The notes beneath the pieces are model-generated. The model searched no databases, was not told the DNA's origin, and saw only the letters and a program-made list of their open reading frames with translations. DNA of 63,711 bases, filler included, from Bigelowiella natans CCMP2755 (taxonomy: Eukaryota > Protista > Cercozoa): assembly GCA_000320545.1 (NCBI GenBank). It is 8 parts of 8 records of this genome, joined end to end, with 100 filler letters (N's around TTAATTAATTAA, not from the genome) between each part and the next. Parts side by side here need not be neighbours in the genome. Positions count along the whole stretch, not along the records: positions 1 to 19,549 come from ADNK01000424.1; 7 more parts are not named here. One strand, written 5' to 3'. This document shows, piece by piece, positions 1 to 12,739 of this stretch (its first letter is position 1; each line of letters begins with the position of its first letter). A program made the position numbers and the translations under genes.

Positions 1-93
1 GGGGGGGGGGGGGGGTTGAAAGAAGAAACATGATAATACGAAAACAAGAAGAGGAAAGGAGTCAAGCTAAATATTTCCAACACGCACAAACAA

Positions 94-138
<45 letters not shown>

Positions 139-285
139 TATGTATGTGTGCTTTTACCGTATACATAGCTTATGATTCTTCCTTTGTTGTTGTTGTTGTT
201 GCTGCTGTTATTGTTGTTGTTCACTTTTTGCCGTCGTATTTTCCTGAGCATCATCGCCATCATTATCATCATCATCATAACTTCA

Positions 286-316
<31 letters not shown>

Positions 317-357
317 CTTCTTCTTCTTTTTGGTCTCCCCTCCCCTCCCTAATTTAG

Positions 358-1592
358 TGGTTGGATGAGTTGGCGAATAAAATGCGCAAACTAGACAAAC
401 TCAAGTAATAATAATAATAAATAATAATCAGGAGAGTTATCATCAACAACGATCTGATTAATTTGTAAGTATATTTTTGTGGTTGATTGATTGATTAATT
501 GTTCCTGCCTAATATATAGAAGAAGGTCAGCAGAAGAAGACATGATGATGATAATGATGATGATGATATTGTTGTTGTACTATGGAAATGTGAGTAAAAT
601 AAATGGTAATAACAATAATGCTGCCGCAATAATTAGGAGACGGGAACTGACGATGGCAGCTCAATTTTTTGAAAAACACAAGGTAGTAGTACTAGTAGTA
701 GTAGTAGTGGGAGGTTGCGGATTTAGATAGAAAGCAGTAGTAGTCAATGTTAGAGTGGGTGAATGTATAAATTATTATCAGGCTCATTCCTATGCAAAGG
801 AAACATATATGAAGATTGAAGATGTGGAGGTTGCTACGAATAATAACAATAACAATAAGAGGGTGATTAGTCAATGTCGTATGATTCATCTAGTATTATA
901 ACCTGATTTATGATGTCAATCGGTGAGTGTAGGTAGTAGTTGTAGTAGTAGTAGTAGTAGTAAAAATAGTTATGATGATGATAATAATTGTATCCATAAT
1001 AGTACGTTATAAAATAATGTTTTGTTTCAGTCGCTGATGGACCTTCACATAAAGCTCGAGAAATGGGGCGATGCATTTGCATTGGCCAAATCGGTGATGA
1101 TGATACGAGTAGCAGTTGTATTAGTTGTAGTAGTAGTAGTAGTAGTAGTAGTAGAGCAATAGTAGTAATAGCAGTTTCAATAGTAGTAAGATAGTAAATG
1201 ATCCAGAATGCTTATTATATTTGTATGCTGCTTTAGTATAAAACATTGCAATATTTACTTTCTTTCGCTTATAGTAATTCTTTCTTCCAATGAATAAACA
1301 TGTAGTAGGAAATATTGCACGCCGCCATCAATCGTCTCTCGTGATATATTTGTTGTAATTATGGTCCTTCTCACTATAATTATTGTGGCGAATCATGTTT
1401 TTTTGCTGTTGTTTTTTGTCCAGCACCCTCAATATGCTAAGCGCATATTCTTGCCATATGCTCAATGGCTAGCAATGAACGATAAATTCGAGCAGGTAGT
1501 ACCAGAAGTCGTACTAGTAGTAGTAGTTGTTGTTTTTGTTGTTGTTGTTGTTGTTATCGCTACAAATAAAAAAGATGCTAAACTCACTCACA

Positions 1593-1664
<72 letters not shown>

Positions 1665-2032
1665 AATAGGCGCAGCGTGCATTCCAAGAAGCTGGAAGGC
1701 CTGATCAATCGCTATTTCTCCTCCAGCAGTTGATACATAATGCTATCACAGAGAATCGCTACCAAGATGCAGGGTTGTGAATACAAATGCAATGATGATA
1801 TTGATTCATCATCATCGTCCTATTGCCTACCCAACTGCTCTATCTATCTAACTTAACCCCTTCCTCCTTCCTTCCTTCCTCTAATCTCATCCGATGGATG
1901 ATAGAATTGGAATCATCGTCAATCAATAATAAATTCATCTCATATTTGCAGCTACTACTATTGGCTGTTAGCTCAAGAGCATCTGAAAATGGCATGTGAA
2001 GAACAGAAAAAGAAGGTAGTAGTTGTTAGAGA

Positions 2033-2067
<35 letters not shown>

Positions 2068-2220
2068 AGTTGCGATTATGAGAACGATGTTAGTACAATT
2101 TTTGAAAGAGAAGAATTATATTGCTAACGTAATCGTTTCTTGTTGCATTTGTGGGCTGCTGTGCATATGTAGAAGAGCGTATTTTCTGCATATTTAAAAT
2201 ATATTCTATATCAAATTTAA

Positions 2221-2261
<41 letters not shown>

Positions 2262-3449
2262 TCATTATCAAAAGGCTGAGGGCAAGGGTCTAGGCAATCG
2301 AGAGGGTAGATTGCTCAAGCGATTTTTAGATTTCTCATCAAAGGTAGTAGTAAGTAATAGTAAGAGTAGAAGTAGTAGTAGCTGTAGCAGTTCCAAGTTA
2401 TTGTATGGAACAAGTCTCAATAATCAAAAATTCAGATTATTTTGTAGTTTGTATCATATTAACTAATCGAGGATACTAATTTATTGTGTGCAATTTGTAA
2501 AATGATGATATCATCATCTGTCTCCAAACAGGCCGACATCTACTACGCATTCAACTCAATATTTGATAGCGAAACCCAACCTTTCACAACCTTATCTCCC
2601 CAAGAGATCTTTGACACATCTTTGTTCCTTTTGCGGTCATTATCTGCTCAAGGATATGAGGTTGTAGTAGTAGTAGTAGTAGTACCTACTACATTATGAC
2701 AGTTTGAGAATGATGATGATGATGATGATGATATTGATAAAGACATAGTCATGATAATACAGCTCTAATTACCAGGCTTTTGTCTGCATTCTTCATAATA
2801 ATTTGAGGAAATGAATGTGATGTTATTCTTAGAACCTCCAAATAGAATGAGAGAAGAAGTAGTAGTAATTCCTACAAGCTACTGTTCGTAAAAATCCATG
2901 CGACCAAAACAAAAACACTTTATTTATATATAATGTTTGTGAGTGACAACTTTTTCTCGATATATAATGCAGGTCCCGTATGGAGTATCTTTAACGTATT
3001 GCTTATATGCTTTGGCAAAACAATGTAGAGAGTTACGTGCATTCAAGTTAGCAAGAAAGGCTTTTAAGCGTTTGAGCGATTTGAGACTTCCAGCTCTTTG
3101 GAGGCGTTCCGTTGAGCTTGACAACTTAATGATTCGCACTACGCAGTTTGCAGACAAAGAAGAATTGTTTTGCCCCAGATGCGGCTCAGCAAACCCATTG
3201 CTTAGCGATGACAAATTATCGAATTGTGTCGTTTGTGGACATAAATTCATGTATTCGTTTATTTCATTTGAAACCCTGCCTCTAGTGGAATTTAAGCTTA
3301 CCAACGACCTAACTGACGAAAAGGCAGAAATTCTAATGAAAGAGGTACTATAAAACTATAAATTAGTGATCAAGCAATACGCGAATATCATGCCATTTTC
3401 TTCTTTTTTACAGTGGGTTTACAGTGTGCTAGAAAGTGCGTATGCATAT

Positions 3450-3494
<45 letters not shown>

Positions 3495-3993
3495 GGTGCC
3501 AGGCATAGGAGACGTTGGGAGGGCAGATGAAGGAATTGAATTTACTGATGACGGAGAAGCACAGACGCTACAAATAGGCGAAGGCAGTGCTGAACCTGAA
3601 ACTGGTGGTGGTGGTGGTGGTGGTGGCAATGATATGTTCACCAAACAATTGATGGACATGGATCATGGTACTTCAAGCGAGTGGCCGATGATTACAGTTG
3701 ATGCTAAAACACTTGCTGGTTTCAATCCACGAGAGGTGTTCAGGGTTTATTATCCTCATAAAGCTCTCCCTACAAGATACTTTCGAGCTATAATTTCATA
3801 CCTTGATAGGCCTATTGTACAATGTCCACGGTGCCAAAAACTATTTGAAGAGGATGAATTTGAAGCTTATGTACTTAAATGCGGAAAATGTCCGGTGTGC
3901 CGTTTTAAGCTGACTAATTATACAAAAGAGAAGGATGGAAAAGAAGATGATGAGGACGATCCGCTTGAGATGATCGATAGCGATGTTTATTGA
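358..3993 (+). CDS. IFT122: Intraflagellar transport protein 122 (IFT-A), 5'-truncated, multi-exon
   Basis: Spliced GT-AG exons give AHSYAKETYMKIEDVE/SLMDLHIKLEKWGDAFALAK/HPQYAKRIFLPYAQWLAMNDKFEQ/AQRAFQEAGRP..LIHNAITENRYQDA/YYYWLLA/VPYGVSLTYCLYALAKQCRELRAFKLARKAF..CPRCGSANPLL..FMYSFISFETLPLVEF..CPRCQKLFEEDEFE..CPVCR. This matches the IFT122 C-terminus. Stop TGA ends at 3993. Confidence 0.95.
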
Positions 3994-4229
3994 AATCAAT
4001 GTTTTTAACTTAATTGTTTGAAATCAATCAACACAGCTTCATCAACTTCCAGAGATGCAGAACAGAATTTGAAGAACATTAGATCGACCCAGAATATGAT
4101 TTTCTCATTTCCTTTATTTTTGTAAGACCATGATTGGTGCTTGGGCATAGTAAGGAGAGTAATAAGCGATGATCGCATCCTTTCACTCCCGACGCACTCA
4201 TGATGTGTGGAAGTAAAACAGCCTGAGAA

Positions 4230-5720
4230 GGAGGAGAAGAAATGTATTCATCGCTCTCGCCGCTGGGCAGTCCATGCTAGCATGAAGGCGTGCCCACTGG
4301 AACTCAGCCATAGCACAGCATGCCTTCATTAGTTGCTAGCAGGAGCGTAGTCGCCGTGCAGCACGCGGTGCGTTACATTGGTGTGCGCGTGACGAGGCAC
4401 TCGCTGTGGCAGAGCAGAATGTATCAGCATGCATGCGGGGGTTCGCATACCTGGCTCTGGCCTATATACGCCTGCTGCACAAGCTGCATGCTTTAGTTTA
4501 TTAGTGATGCTGGCATGTGTGACGCATGTCATGCGATATTCAAACGAAACAGACTGGTAGCGTGGTGCTGCATGGCTAGCAGTAGATGGGACGCCGAGGC
4601 ATGCAGTCGCTCATTCGCCGGTGCACAATGACAATGACGACTGATCGACCCGCATGCGCGCGCAGCCGCAGCAAAGAACACTGAACAGCTCGCTGGCAAC
4701 AACGTACGTGAATCCCCAGGCTTCGTTGAAAGAGTTTGCACGCGCATGCATGCATGCACCGCCAAAACTGTGCCAAAAAAGAGCTTGCAAAAAAGCGCAC
4801 TCAACAAGCACTCATAATCGAGCGCTTATAATTGTCGAAATCGCTCATGTCCACTTTTCTACCGCCCCCCCCCCCCCCCACCACCCTCTAGCTATGCGCA
4901 CACAAACACACAAATAACTAGCGAACACCACGGAAAACACAGCTTCGCTTGCATGAAAGCGAAAAATTCTGGCACAGTTGTCATGTTTATTAATTTCATC
5001 TTGGTCAATTCTAGAAATGCACAAGAAAACGGGAAAGTTTGAAATGAAAAAACGTTGAGAGTTTAAGCGTTTTCAAAGTGCTTTTTTGAGTGTTTATTTT
5101 TTTAGTCTAGTAAGTGCTTTTTGGGCGCACTCAGCACTGGCTAGCTGGCTATACCAGGCTAGCAGAGTGCGCATGCGCTTTTTCAACGAATAAGCCCCAT
5201 CTATAGCCATGCATGTGCGCACTTCTAGACCTAGCTAGAGACGTTCTAGAGCACAATGTAATGAGCACGTGACGTTGTCATGACTTATTGACTTGCTAGC
5301 TTCACCATCTCTGTCGCGTACTACTGCAACAATGGACACACAATGTACTCTTTGGCTAAAGTGACGAGGCAGCTCTAGAGCTGTCGTCATCGCACATTGT
5401 GTTGCAACAGCAGACTCAGCATGCATGTGACTTAGCTTGCTGCTTGGCTCTGATCTAGCGTACGTCACTGCTAAATGGTATGACAAGAATGGTGGTCTTG
5501 CAAGCATTGGGGCCACGCAGAGTGCTAGAGTGTGGCAGGTGTCATGTGGGGCTTACATCAGATTTTTCGGCTCTTTGTGTATTTCAGGCTGCACCAACTG
5601 ACAAAATGCTGCCCTTATTACAGGCACGACGTACAGATCATGAATCTCGTATTGTTGCACTGAACGATGCTAATTGTATCTTGAGGCGAGTGGACGCGTT
5701 CACATGAACACAATGCACAA
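4230..5720. other. CTAG/CATG/TGCA micro-palindrome-rich intergenic patch (convergent region 1)
   Basis: Dense GCTAGC, TCTAGA, GCATGC, ATGCAT; lies between the IFT122 (+) stop and a minus-strand gene stop at 5759. Confidence 0.8.
4769..5130. mobile_element. Possible degenerate MITE (imperfect ~55-bp inverted arms)
   Basis: 4769-4828 (tgtgccaaaaaagagcttgcaaaaaagcgcactcaacaagcact) aligns by eye with the reverse complement of 5064-5130 (gtgcgcccaaaaagcactta[ctagac]taaaaaaataaacactcaaaaaagcact). No TSD identified. Confidence 0.4.
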
Positions 5721-5758
5721 TGTGCAAATTCTTATTGGCTTCACAAATGCAATGAGCC

Positions 5759-7201
5759 TTATTTAAATTGGCTACTTTTCTCAAGTATTCGCTCCGAGAC
5801 TGTGTCACTCAATCTACTCTTAGCACCATTCATTATCTTTAGGACCTCCTTCATTTGTGAAACACTCGTCCTCCCGTCATGCTCTCCCTGAAAAGTATCA
5901 GTTAGTCTGAGAATTATGGTTTACATCTGTGCTTGACAAACCTGTTTCGGTAACTTTTGTTGTGCAATAATTTGCTGTGCGTTACTCATTTTTGTTGTAG
6001 CTGTCATGGCCTACAACAGAATCGACATCTGTGATATCATGATAGATACGACGTAGATGCAATGGTGTGAAATACCTCGTGGTAATATCTCATTTGCATG
6101 ATATTCTGTTCTACTTCACGCTCTAGCTCCTCCATCATATTAGAGTGTTGATGCAAAAGTGGATCGACGTTCTGAAAACTGTGTGGTATTTTGAATTAGA
6201 CAACATATTGATTCAACACTAGTCGTCTACTAGTAGTGATTTGTACGTACTTCTGCATGAATTGTCCAGCCGAGACGATAGAGTTAGCCCACTTTTCCTC
6301 AAGTGCGCTGACTGCAGAACTCAAGTATGGGTCCTCACATTCTTCTTTTCTTGCACATGCCTTTACCCTCATGTCAGTTTCGTGCAGTACTTCCTTCCTG
6401 ATTACATTAGGCTATTCACAACTGCTACTCAGACCTCGTGGCAAAGAACTAAACATACATTTGATTTAAGTGCCTCTTCAACTCTGAAACATCCGGAGAA
6501 TTTGGTTTTTCATCGTTTCCTATCACTAAAATATCTGGAGGGAATATCCTGCAGCTGCAAGGAAATATCTGTGCATGTCTGGAAGCAACCTAACGAAAAG
6601 AGTCTGGTTTATATATTTGCAAAACTGCTCCCTCTACATAAATAGGTATTTACCTTCTCCCTTAACTTTGATTCACACATCCATGCGCTTACTGAACCAT
6701 TTTGTGTCGCCACGTTTTCTTGGTGTATTGTGAGGATATCGAGAAGACGGCAGAGATAATTGCGCGTTCGAACTACTTCGGATTTAGCCTACAAGTGTTG
6801 AGAATATGATTATTTTGAAACAAAGGCATATAGCGGCTGTCCACCTCAAGAATATCAAGAGCTTCTTCTCTTGAACAAAGTGCAAGGACCTCGATCAAAA
6901 TATCGACTCCAGAAAAATCAGACATACTTTCGTTAACCACATGTTTATAAAGCTCCTCGTCACATCTGACATAGAAAATAAACGCAGGTGTCAGAAATTA
7001 GTAACTGGCATTCAATTTTTTATTCGTTGTTCGGAAGGAGAATACAGTGAGCACGAGTTCCCTGTCCCCTTCGCATGGTTTTGCTAGAGTTGTAAATACT
7101 ACCTCTTTAGGGCCCACTGTAGTTTTCTCACTAGAGCTATTTTTTCCTATTAGCGTGGGTGATTTGAATATAACTTGATAGATAGACGACTGATGTTTCA
7201 T
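5759..7201 (-). CDS. Hypothetical helical/coiled-coil protein, multiple short introns
   Basis: Minus-strand exons between short GT-AG introns: MKHQSSIYQV.., AKSEVVRTRNYLCRLLDIL.., KEVLHETDMRVKAC..ALEEKWANSI.., FQNVDPLLHQHSNMMEELEREVEQN, ..SERILEKSSQFK* (TAA at 5759-5761). Start uncertain. Confidence 0.6.
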
Positions 7202-7337
7202 CTTACATGGGAAGTCGTCTGGCTGCTTTTCATTCGTTCCAAAGGGAGGAGGTCATCATCGCTGAGTAATACACACATTCGTAGCCTCAGTTAATACAAT
7301 GTAGAGACAATCATGCTTAAATCTGAGAAGCCATTTA

Positions 7338-7524
7338 AGTTTACAGTAAAGAGTTTTTCCTAATATTACTTCTTCTTCTACTACTACTGCTACTACTACT
7401 ACTACTACTGCTACTGTCTACCGATCACGGTGAGTTTACAGTAAAGAGTTTTTCCTAATATTACTTCTTCTTCTACTACTACTGCTATTACTGCTACTAC
7501 TACTGCTACTGTCTACCGATCACG
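7338..7524. repeat. Tandem duplication, 95-bp period, 2 copies, containing (CTA)n
   Basis: agtttacagtaaagagtttttcctaatattacttc...ctgtctaccgatcacg occurs at 7338 and 7433, between divergent genes. Confidence 0.9.
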
Positions 7525-7935
7525 ATGAAGGTAATCCTCCATGATAGAAGAATACGAAGTGGCTGTCTACTTGATGTCGCAAATACATAATCACCTTAAA
7601 ATGATGCTGTGAGACAACCTATAGCGTCAACAAATCCGAACACTGTCCCGCCAGAAATGGGCATTGCTTGAGAGACTCCAAGCAAGAATTCATAGAGTCC
7701 GACATATTCTTTTGATGTCGCTATGATTGAATCAAGGACATTTGCTTCTTTGTAAGTAATAACACCAGAGCACCAAAGCAGTAGCAGCACGTGTAATGAT
7801 AATGATAGCCACAACGAGGAATCGAGTGTAGATTCTATGAAATGTGTATCGATGCTTGCTCGAGCTAATTTTCAGATTATTAGTTTTTTCCTTCCCAATT
7901 AAATTATAAACTACTGGAACATCCGCATTTAGAAA

Positions 7936-9085
7936 ATGACGGACTGGCGGGCAACTTACGAGCAAAAGTGCAGAGAGCTTCAGGTACAGCATTGGGAATT
8001 AATTAACGTTGAATTTTAAGTTTACATTCCGGCAGGCTTTGAAAGAGGAACATGTCGAATACAAAAATTCTATGGAGCAGGTAGCTTCACGAGTAGAAAG
8101 ATTCTGCAGGAGAGTATGTGGGGGTGAAATGCAGTGCACGGGACACTGGTATTCTTGTTTTCTTTCAGGTTGATAAGCAATTAGAGTCACAATTAGATAT
8201 GGCCACAAAGAAGGTAAAAGATATCCGTGTGAGATATAGCCACCAGCTAACTATTTTGCGATGCACGAGAAGGCAGAAAGGCTCGAAAATAGACTGGAGG
8301 AACTGACTAGAAGAATTGATGCTGAGAAACAGAAAGTCGAGGTAGGTGGAAAAATCATTCCTGGATTAGATAACAATCACAAAAAAATGTTAAAGCCCCT
8401 TATTTTAGATGGAAAGTAAAGGGGAAGCTCAGCTCCGGCGAACCATTGAAAAACTAGAAGAGAAAGCCAGACTTCTACAATTTCAGCATGACAAGGTGGC
8501 TGGGTTCCCACAATTTGGCTAGTGTAGATTAAGTGAACTTCAACAAAGTGTGCATTCAGTCTAATGTAAAGGAAGAAAGTTCAAGAATTGGTTCAGCTAC
8601 AATTGTATGATTGTCTTTCCAGCCTGTTATGGTGATTGCTATAATATGTTCCAAAAATGCAAATAGCTCTTCGAGTCTAAAGTTGAACTGGATCTTGTCC
8701 GGACAAGAGTGGTAGCACATTTTCAATTGATCTGGTGGAGTGATGAGAAACTCTTTCTTAGGCGAAAGAGAATGAGGAGTTATCGGAGAAACTTAATGAT
8801 TGCGAGGAAGAAAATGTAAATTTTAAACATTTCATAAAGAAGATGTTGGCGGTTTATATCTTCTCCAAAATTTCTCAGGTTCTTTTGCAGCAAGATTTGG
8901 AATCTGTTCAGCAAAATAAATCAGAGAATGTGAAATAAAGTTAACTAGACGACATGCGTGCATTGTGATAAACTATTTGTCTTCAGGTCCAAAGGGTGAA
9001 AGATGAGCTTCGCGACGTGCAACATGAACTGTCTGCAATGCTAATGGACGTGAAGAGAACAAGAGCTCCAAATGACCCCTTTTAG
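7936..9085 (+). CDS. NudE/NDE1/NDEL1-like coiled-coil dynein regulator (short form)
   Basis: Exons MTDWRATYEQKCRELQ/ALKEEHVEYKNSMEQ/VDKQLESQLDMATKK/AERLENRLEEL../AKENEELSEKLNDCEEEN/VLLQQDLESVQQNKSEN/VQRVKDELRDVQHELSAM..PNDPF*. The last exon matches the NudE signature VQRLKDEARDLRQEL. Confidence 0.75.
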
Positions 9086-9199
9086 ACAGAAGTAGGACGG
9101 AGAATTCACGAAATAGGTTTCTGAGTGCTAGTAGCTACAAGAACAATGTCGTCGTCTTACAGGAGGCGGCAAGGCTAACGAGAACATGAAAAAATGAAC

Positions 9200-9601
9200 A
9201 ATGCATCGAGAACATTGCATAGCTCTAGAGCTAGGTAGCGCAACCGTGGCGATATGTCTTGCACAAACGTTTATTTAGTCATGCCTAGTCATCTAGTCAT
9301 CATCAGTAGCTCTAGAGCTCTAGAACTACTAGACTAGCTGAATCATCAGCACAATCGAGTGCGCATGCATTGAATGTGTGCGCCTCTACCAGACCTGTCA
9401 GCTGTCAGCACTAGCTAGCTAGCTCTAGAGCTAGTGTCTAAGTGCAGTCGATGCATGCGCGCGTGACTCTAGTAGGACAGTAGGACTATTCGTGCGGAGT
9501 CACCACATCTCACATGCTAGAATGTCCATCACCTCTAGACCTCTAGACCTAGTCATGCACTTAGCCAGCTACATGTAGCTAGACTAGTCTAGTAGTAGAT
9601 G

Positions 9602-9640
<39 letters not shown>

Positions 9641-10330
9641 GTGTGCATGCGCATGCGTCTTGCTAGCTAGCTAGCTCTAGAGCTTGCGATGCGCACGTCA
9701 GTCACACACCTACGTACCTAGAGCACGTGCGACAGCCAGTAGGGATTATTCCAGGAGTGCTGTAAATGGGTGTAAGCTTTACCCTCTGCTTGGCTACTGT
9801 AGCCCTGAAGCGCTAACATTTACACCCTCGCGTGAACAATTTTCTGCATTTTGCTTTGATCACTTTTGTTTGCTCGCACAACGCAGACCGCCCTGAGGCT
9901 CTAATAAGTACACACCCTCAAATCTCCGCTAGCGATAGAATAATCCCTGGCGACAGCACTAGCTACCTAGAGCGGTGTGCGCATCTGTGGCAGCTAGAAG
10001 CATGCAGATAACTAAAGAATGCCGCCACATACTCGGCTAGTCAGACGACATCACAAGCAGATCGACTGGATGATCAGTGAGAGTGGCACGTATCGTACTA
10101 CGAGCAAAATGTCTAGATGTGCAGGCTGCCTCTGTCAAAGCAGATCGAAAAGTGGCAAGTACAATGCATGATGCAACGTAAATAATGATCACTCAACACA
10201 TATGTAGCAATTGAACGTTCTTACATGCAGCTGCAGTCGCAGTAGCTACCTAGCTATGCATGGCATGGCTATGAATGTGCGTACGACGAGACGAATAGCA
10301 CACATAATAGTGCAACTCTGAATGGTTGAG
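9200..10330. other. CTAG/CATG micro-palindrome-rich intergenic patch (convergent region 2)
   Basis: About 26 CTAG by hand count in 9221-9722 (roughly 2 expected); runs such as ctagctagctagctctagagctag. Confidence 0.85.
9737..9949. mobile_element. hAT-type MITE, 213 bp, 8-bp TSD GCGACAGC
   Basis: GCGACAGC at 9729-9736 and 9950-9957. Termini CAG(TAG)GGATTATTC ... GAATAATCCCTG resemble the Ac-type YAGGGAT end. Subterminal ACACCCTC/GGGTGTA motifs recur. Confidence 0.85.
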
Positions 10331-10485
10331 TTAAGATTTTCTATCTAAAAATCATATCTTGGTCTAATATACGCTTGTGTGGCATAGAAGTGCGCATATG
10401 CATTTAGATTAGTGTTGAAAAATACTACCAAAACATTTGAAACTCTTATTTAGCTTTTGACAACATCAGTGCAAATAATTTCAAA

Positions 10486-11543
10486 TTAAATGCTACAAAT
10501 TCCTTTCTTCAAATAGTCTGTCCAACTTTTAAAGGATAGTGAAATAAATACTTGTGGTTTATCAACCAGACTGAAAGTATGTTGGTTCAAGATCTGCCTG
10601 AGTGGGGGGAAAGAATTAGTGTTAGAAAACCTTCTCCTAATAAAAAGTAGAACAATAGTGAAATTATAACCGGTAAGAAGATTCCATATCTTCCCTGCCA
10701 ATGCACAAAAAGAGGGCTATGACGATCTGAAGATAAATAAAATCTTATAGTCCTTGTTTAATTTAAATCATGTACAAATCTTCTACCAATAGACAGATGA
10801 CTACTTGAAGAAACAGCCACCTCCCATTGGAAACAACCGGATCCTGTAATCAATGAAAATGGGTCAAACTGTATCGCTCATTTATCAGAGATACCGACCT
10901 CCATTTTAGAGACTTCGTTAGAATTGCTTGAATTTTGCGTGTTTCGTATGACCATATAGGTGTTCTGTAGAGCAAGGCTAGCTGCAGCCTAGTCATACAG
11001 AATTGTGGTGATTCACTGAATTACTACAGTTGGTTGAAGTATGCAGCATCTACTTACTACGCGATGGGTGGTACCGTGGGAAAAGCTTCCAATATTGGGC
11101 TATCAGGCTGCTGCTGCTGTAGTTTATTGATAGGAGCAGGAGATTTCTTCTGCTCAAGTTCGCTGTATATTTGCTGGTATCAGAGTTTTATTTTGAAATA
11201 GAATTTTTGGAAAAAATGACCTCTTTTTAGTTGGGAATCTGACCCTTAGTCCTTTCTTTGCGGAAAGCGGCGTCCGTAAGACTGATTTTGCAACCTGTAA
11301 TATTACGCAGGAGGTGATATACCTATCAGGTTGATCAAACTGCTGGAATTCCAAATAAGTGATACGTACCTTTTGCGGAGCAGGGGTAGCCCTTGATCGT
11401 AATGGTAACACACTAGAAAGGGCAGCTGCTGCTGATGCTTTAGATGGGCTATCTCCTTTTACTGCACGACTTTTTGAAATATGATGATTCTCCTTCTCCT
11501 TGGCCATCAAGGAATATGAGCGTGTGACTCGTCGAGAGATCAT
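10486..11543 (-). CDS. Hypothetical basic, Ser/Pro-rich protein with short introns
   Basis: MISRRVTRSYSLMAKEKEN..PAPQK/VAKSVLRTPLSAKKGLRVRFP../RRFSNTNSFPPLRQILNQHTFSL/SWTDYLKKGICSI*; GT-AG introns; no family recognised. Confidence 0.55.
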
Positions 11544-12739
11544 TCGCGTAGATTTTTTTGCCGAGGTAGTTTTCTAGATGAAAACGATATTTTGGACACT
11601 ACCATTAGTCTCTCTGTTCACGAAATCTAAACAACAGTAGCTAACTCACCGCGACCAATTTCTTCTGTGTACCAGAACAAGATCGTCTGCTCTCTAATTC
11701 TGCGTACGTGTTGGCATTCCTAAAAATGCGTTCCACGATGAGATCTAAACAATATTTCTATGGAAATCTAGATAAATTCTTACTTTAGCTTTGATCGGGC
11801 CAGAGTAGAGACACGTCGCTTCGTTTCAAGCGCAGATAAAGACCTTCTAAATATCAGAAATGCAAGGATATTATAAACATAACAGCCAGGTAGCACTAAG
11901 TAATGCTTGACCGATAGATAGAATCACACTCAGCTGCCTAGTAGTGTCAATGCGTTATTATTTGCAAGAGGAGGCACCTGCGAGGCACCCTAGACTTTGT
12001 TTTTGAAGTCGTTGTAGCACTCGAAGGCACAGATATTTGAGTCGGTTTCAGAATTCGGGAATTCTTTAATTTCTTCAACTTTTTAACCTAAATATAAGTT
12101 CTTTATTTTCACATTTTTTAAATTAACATTGACGAATGACGACTCAATACCGTATTGACACCATTGTGTCTTGTGTTCTCCTTTCCAAGGAAGGAATCTT
12201 ATTAAAAAGACAAAGCAGAGTTCATTCGTCGCTGAAGAGCTATAGTATTATGTCAGATCAGACAGACTTGGCAGAACCTTGTAATTTGGAAGCCCCCAGA
12301 GATCGCCTCGCAGAACGGGTGAGAACCATGGTACGTCAGATAGGCTGGCCGCGTGGACGTTTATTTTTAGGATCCTAGTAGTAACTGGCTACAAGTAGAT
12401 CGATATATTTTAAAGGTGGTATTAGAGTCTATGACTAATGGTTCTCCTCCTCCTTCAATAGACTCCTCCTGTGTTGAATAATGGTGCGTCTACGACGACG
12501 ACTGTCAAAAAATAAGCCTGTCCAGAAGGTTTTGCAGCACTTTTTGTGCTATTTCCTGCCGTTTTTATTTAGCGTCAAGTTAATCAACTCAAAATGTCTT
12601 TGAAGTCTCATCCTATCATCTAAGAGTACTGATTTTTATCCGTTATGACCCAATTTGACTGGAATTTAATCTCGGGATTCGAGATTTCAAGAGTTCCAGA
12701 GACAGTTCGAGAGTCAGAGTCCTGGCCGGCCATGTTGGC

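Noticed and set aside
1597-1662. Compound (TA)n(TG)n microsatellites as products of TpA->TpG editing
   Set aside because: Common in many eukaryotes through slippage, and long intact (TA)n runs persist alongside them; not diagnostic.
30-1733. ORFs with poly-IY, VC, HT, RE, poly-L/Y/S tracts here and throughout
   Set aside because: Translations of intronic microsatellites; the real exons are short and interleaved.
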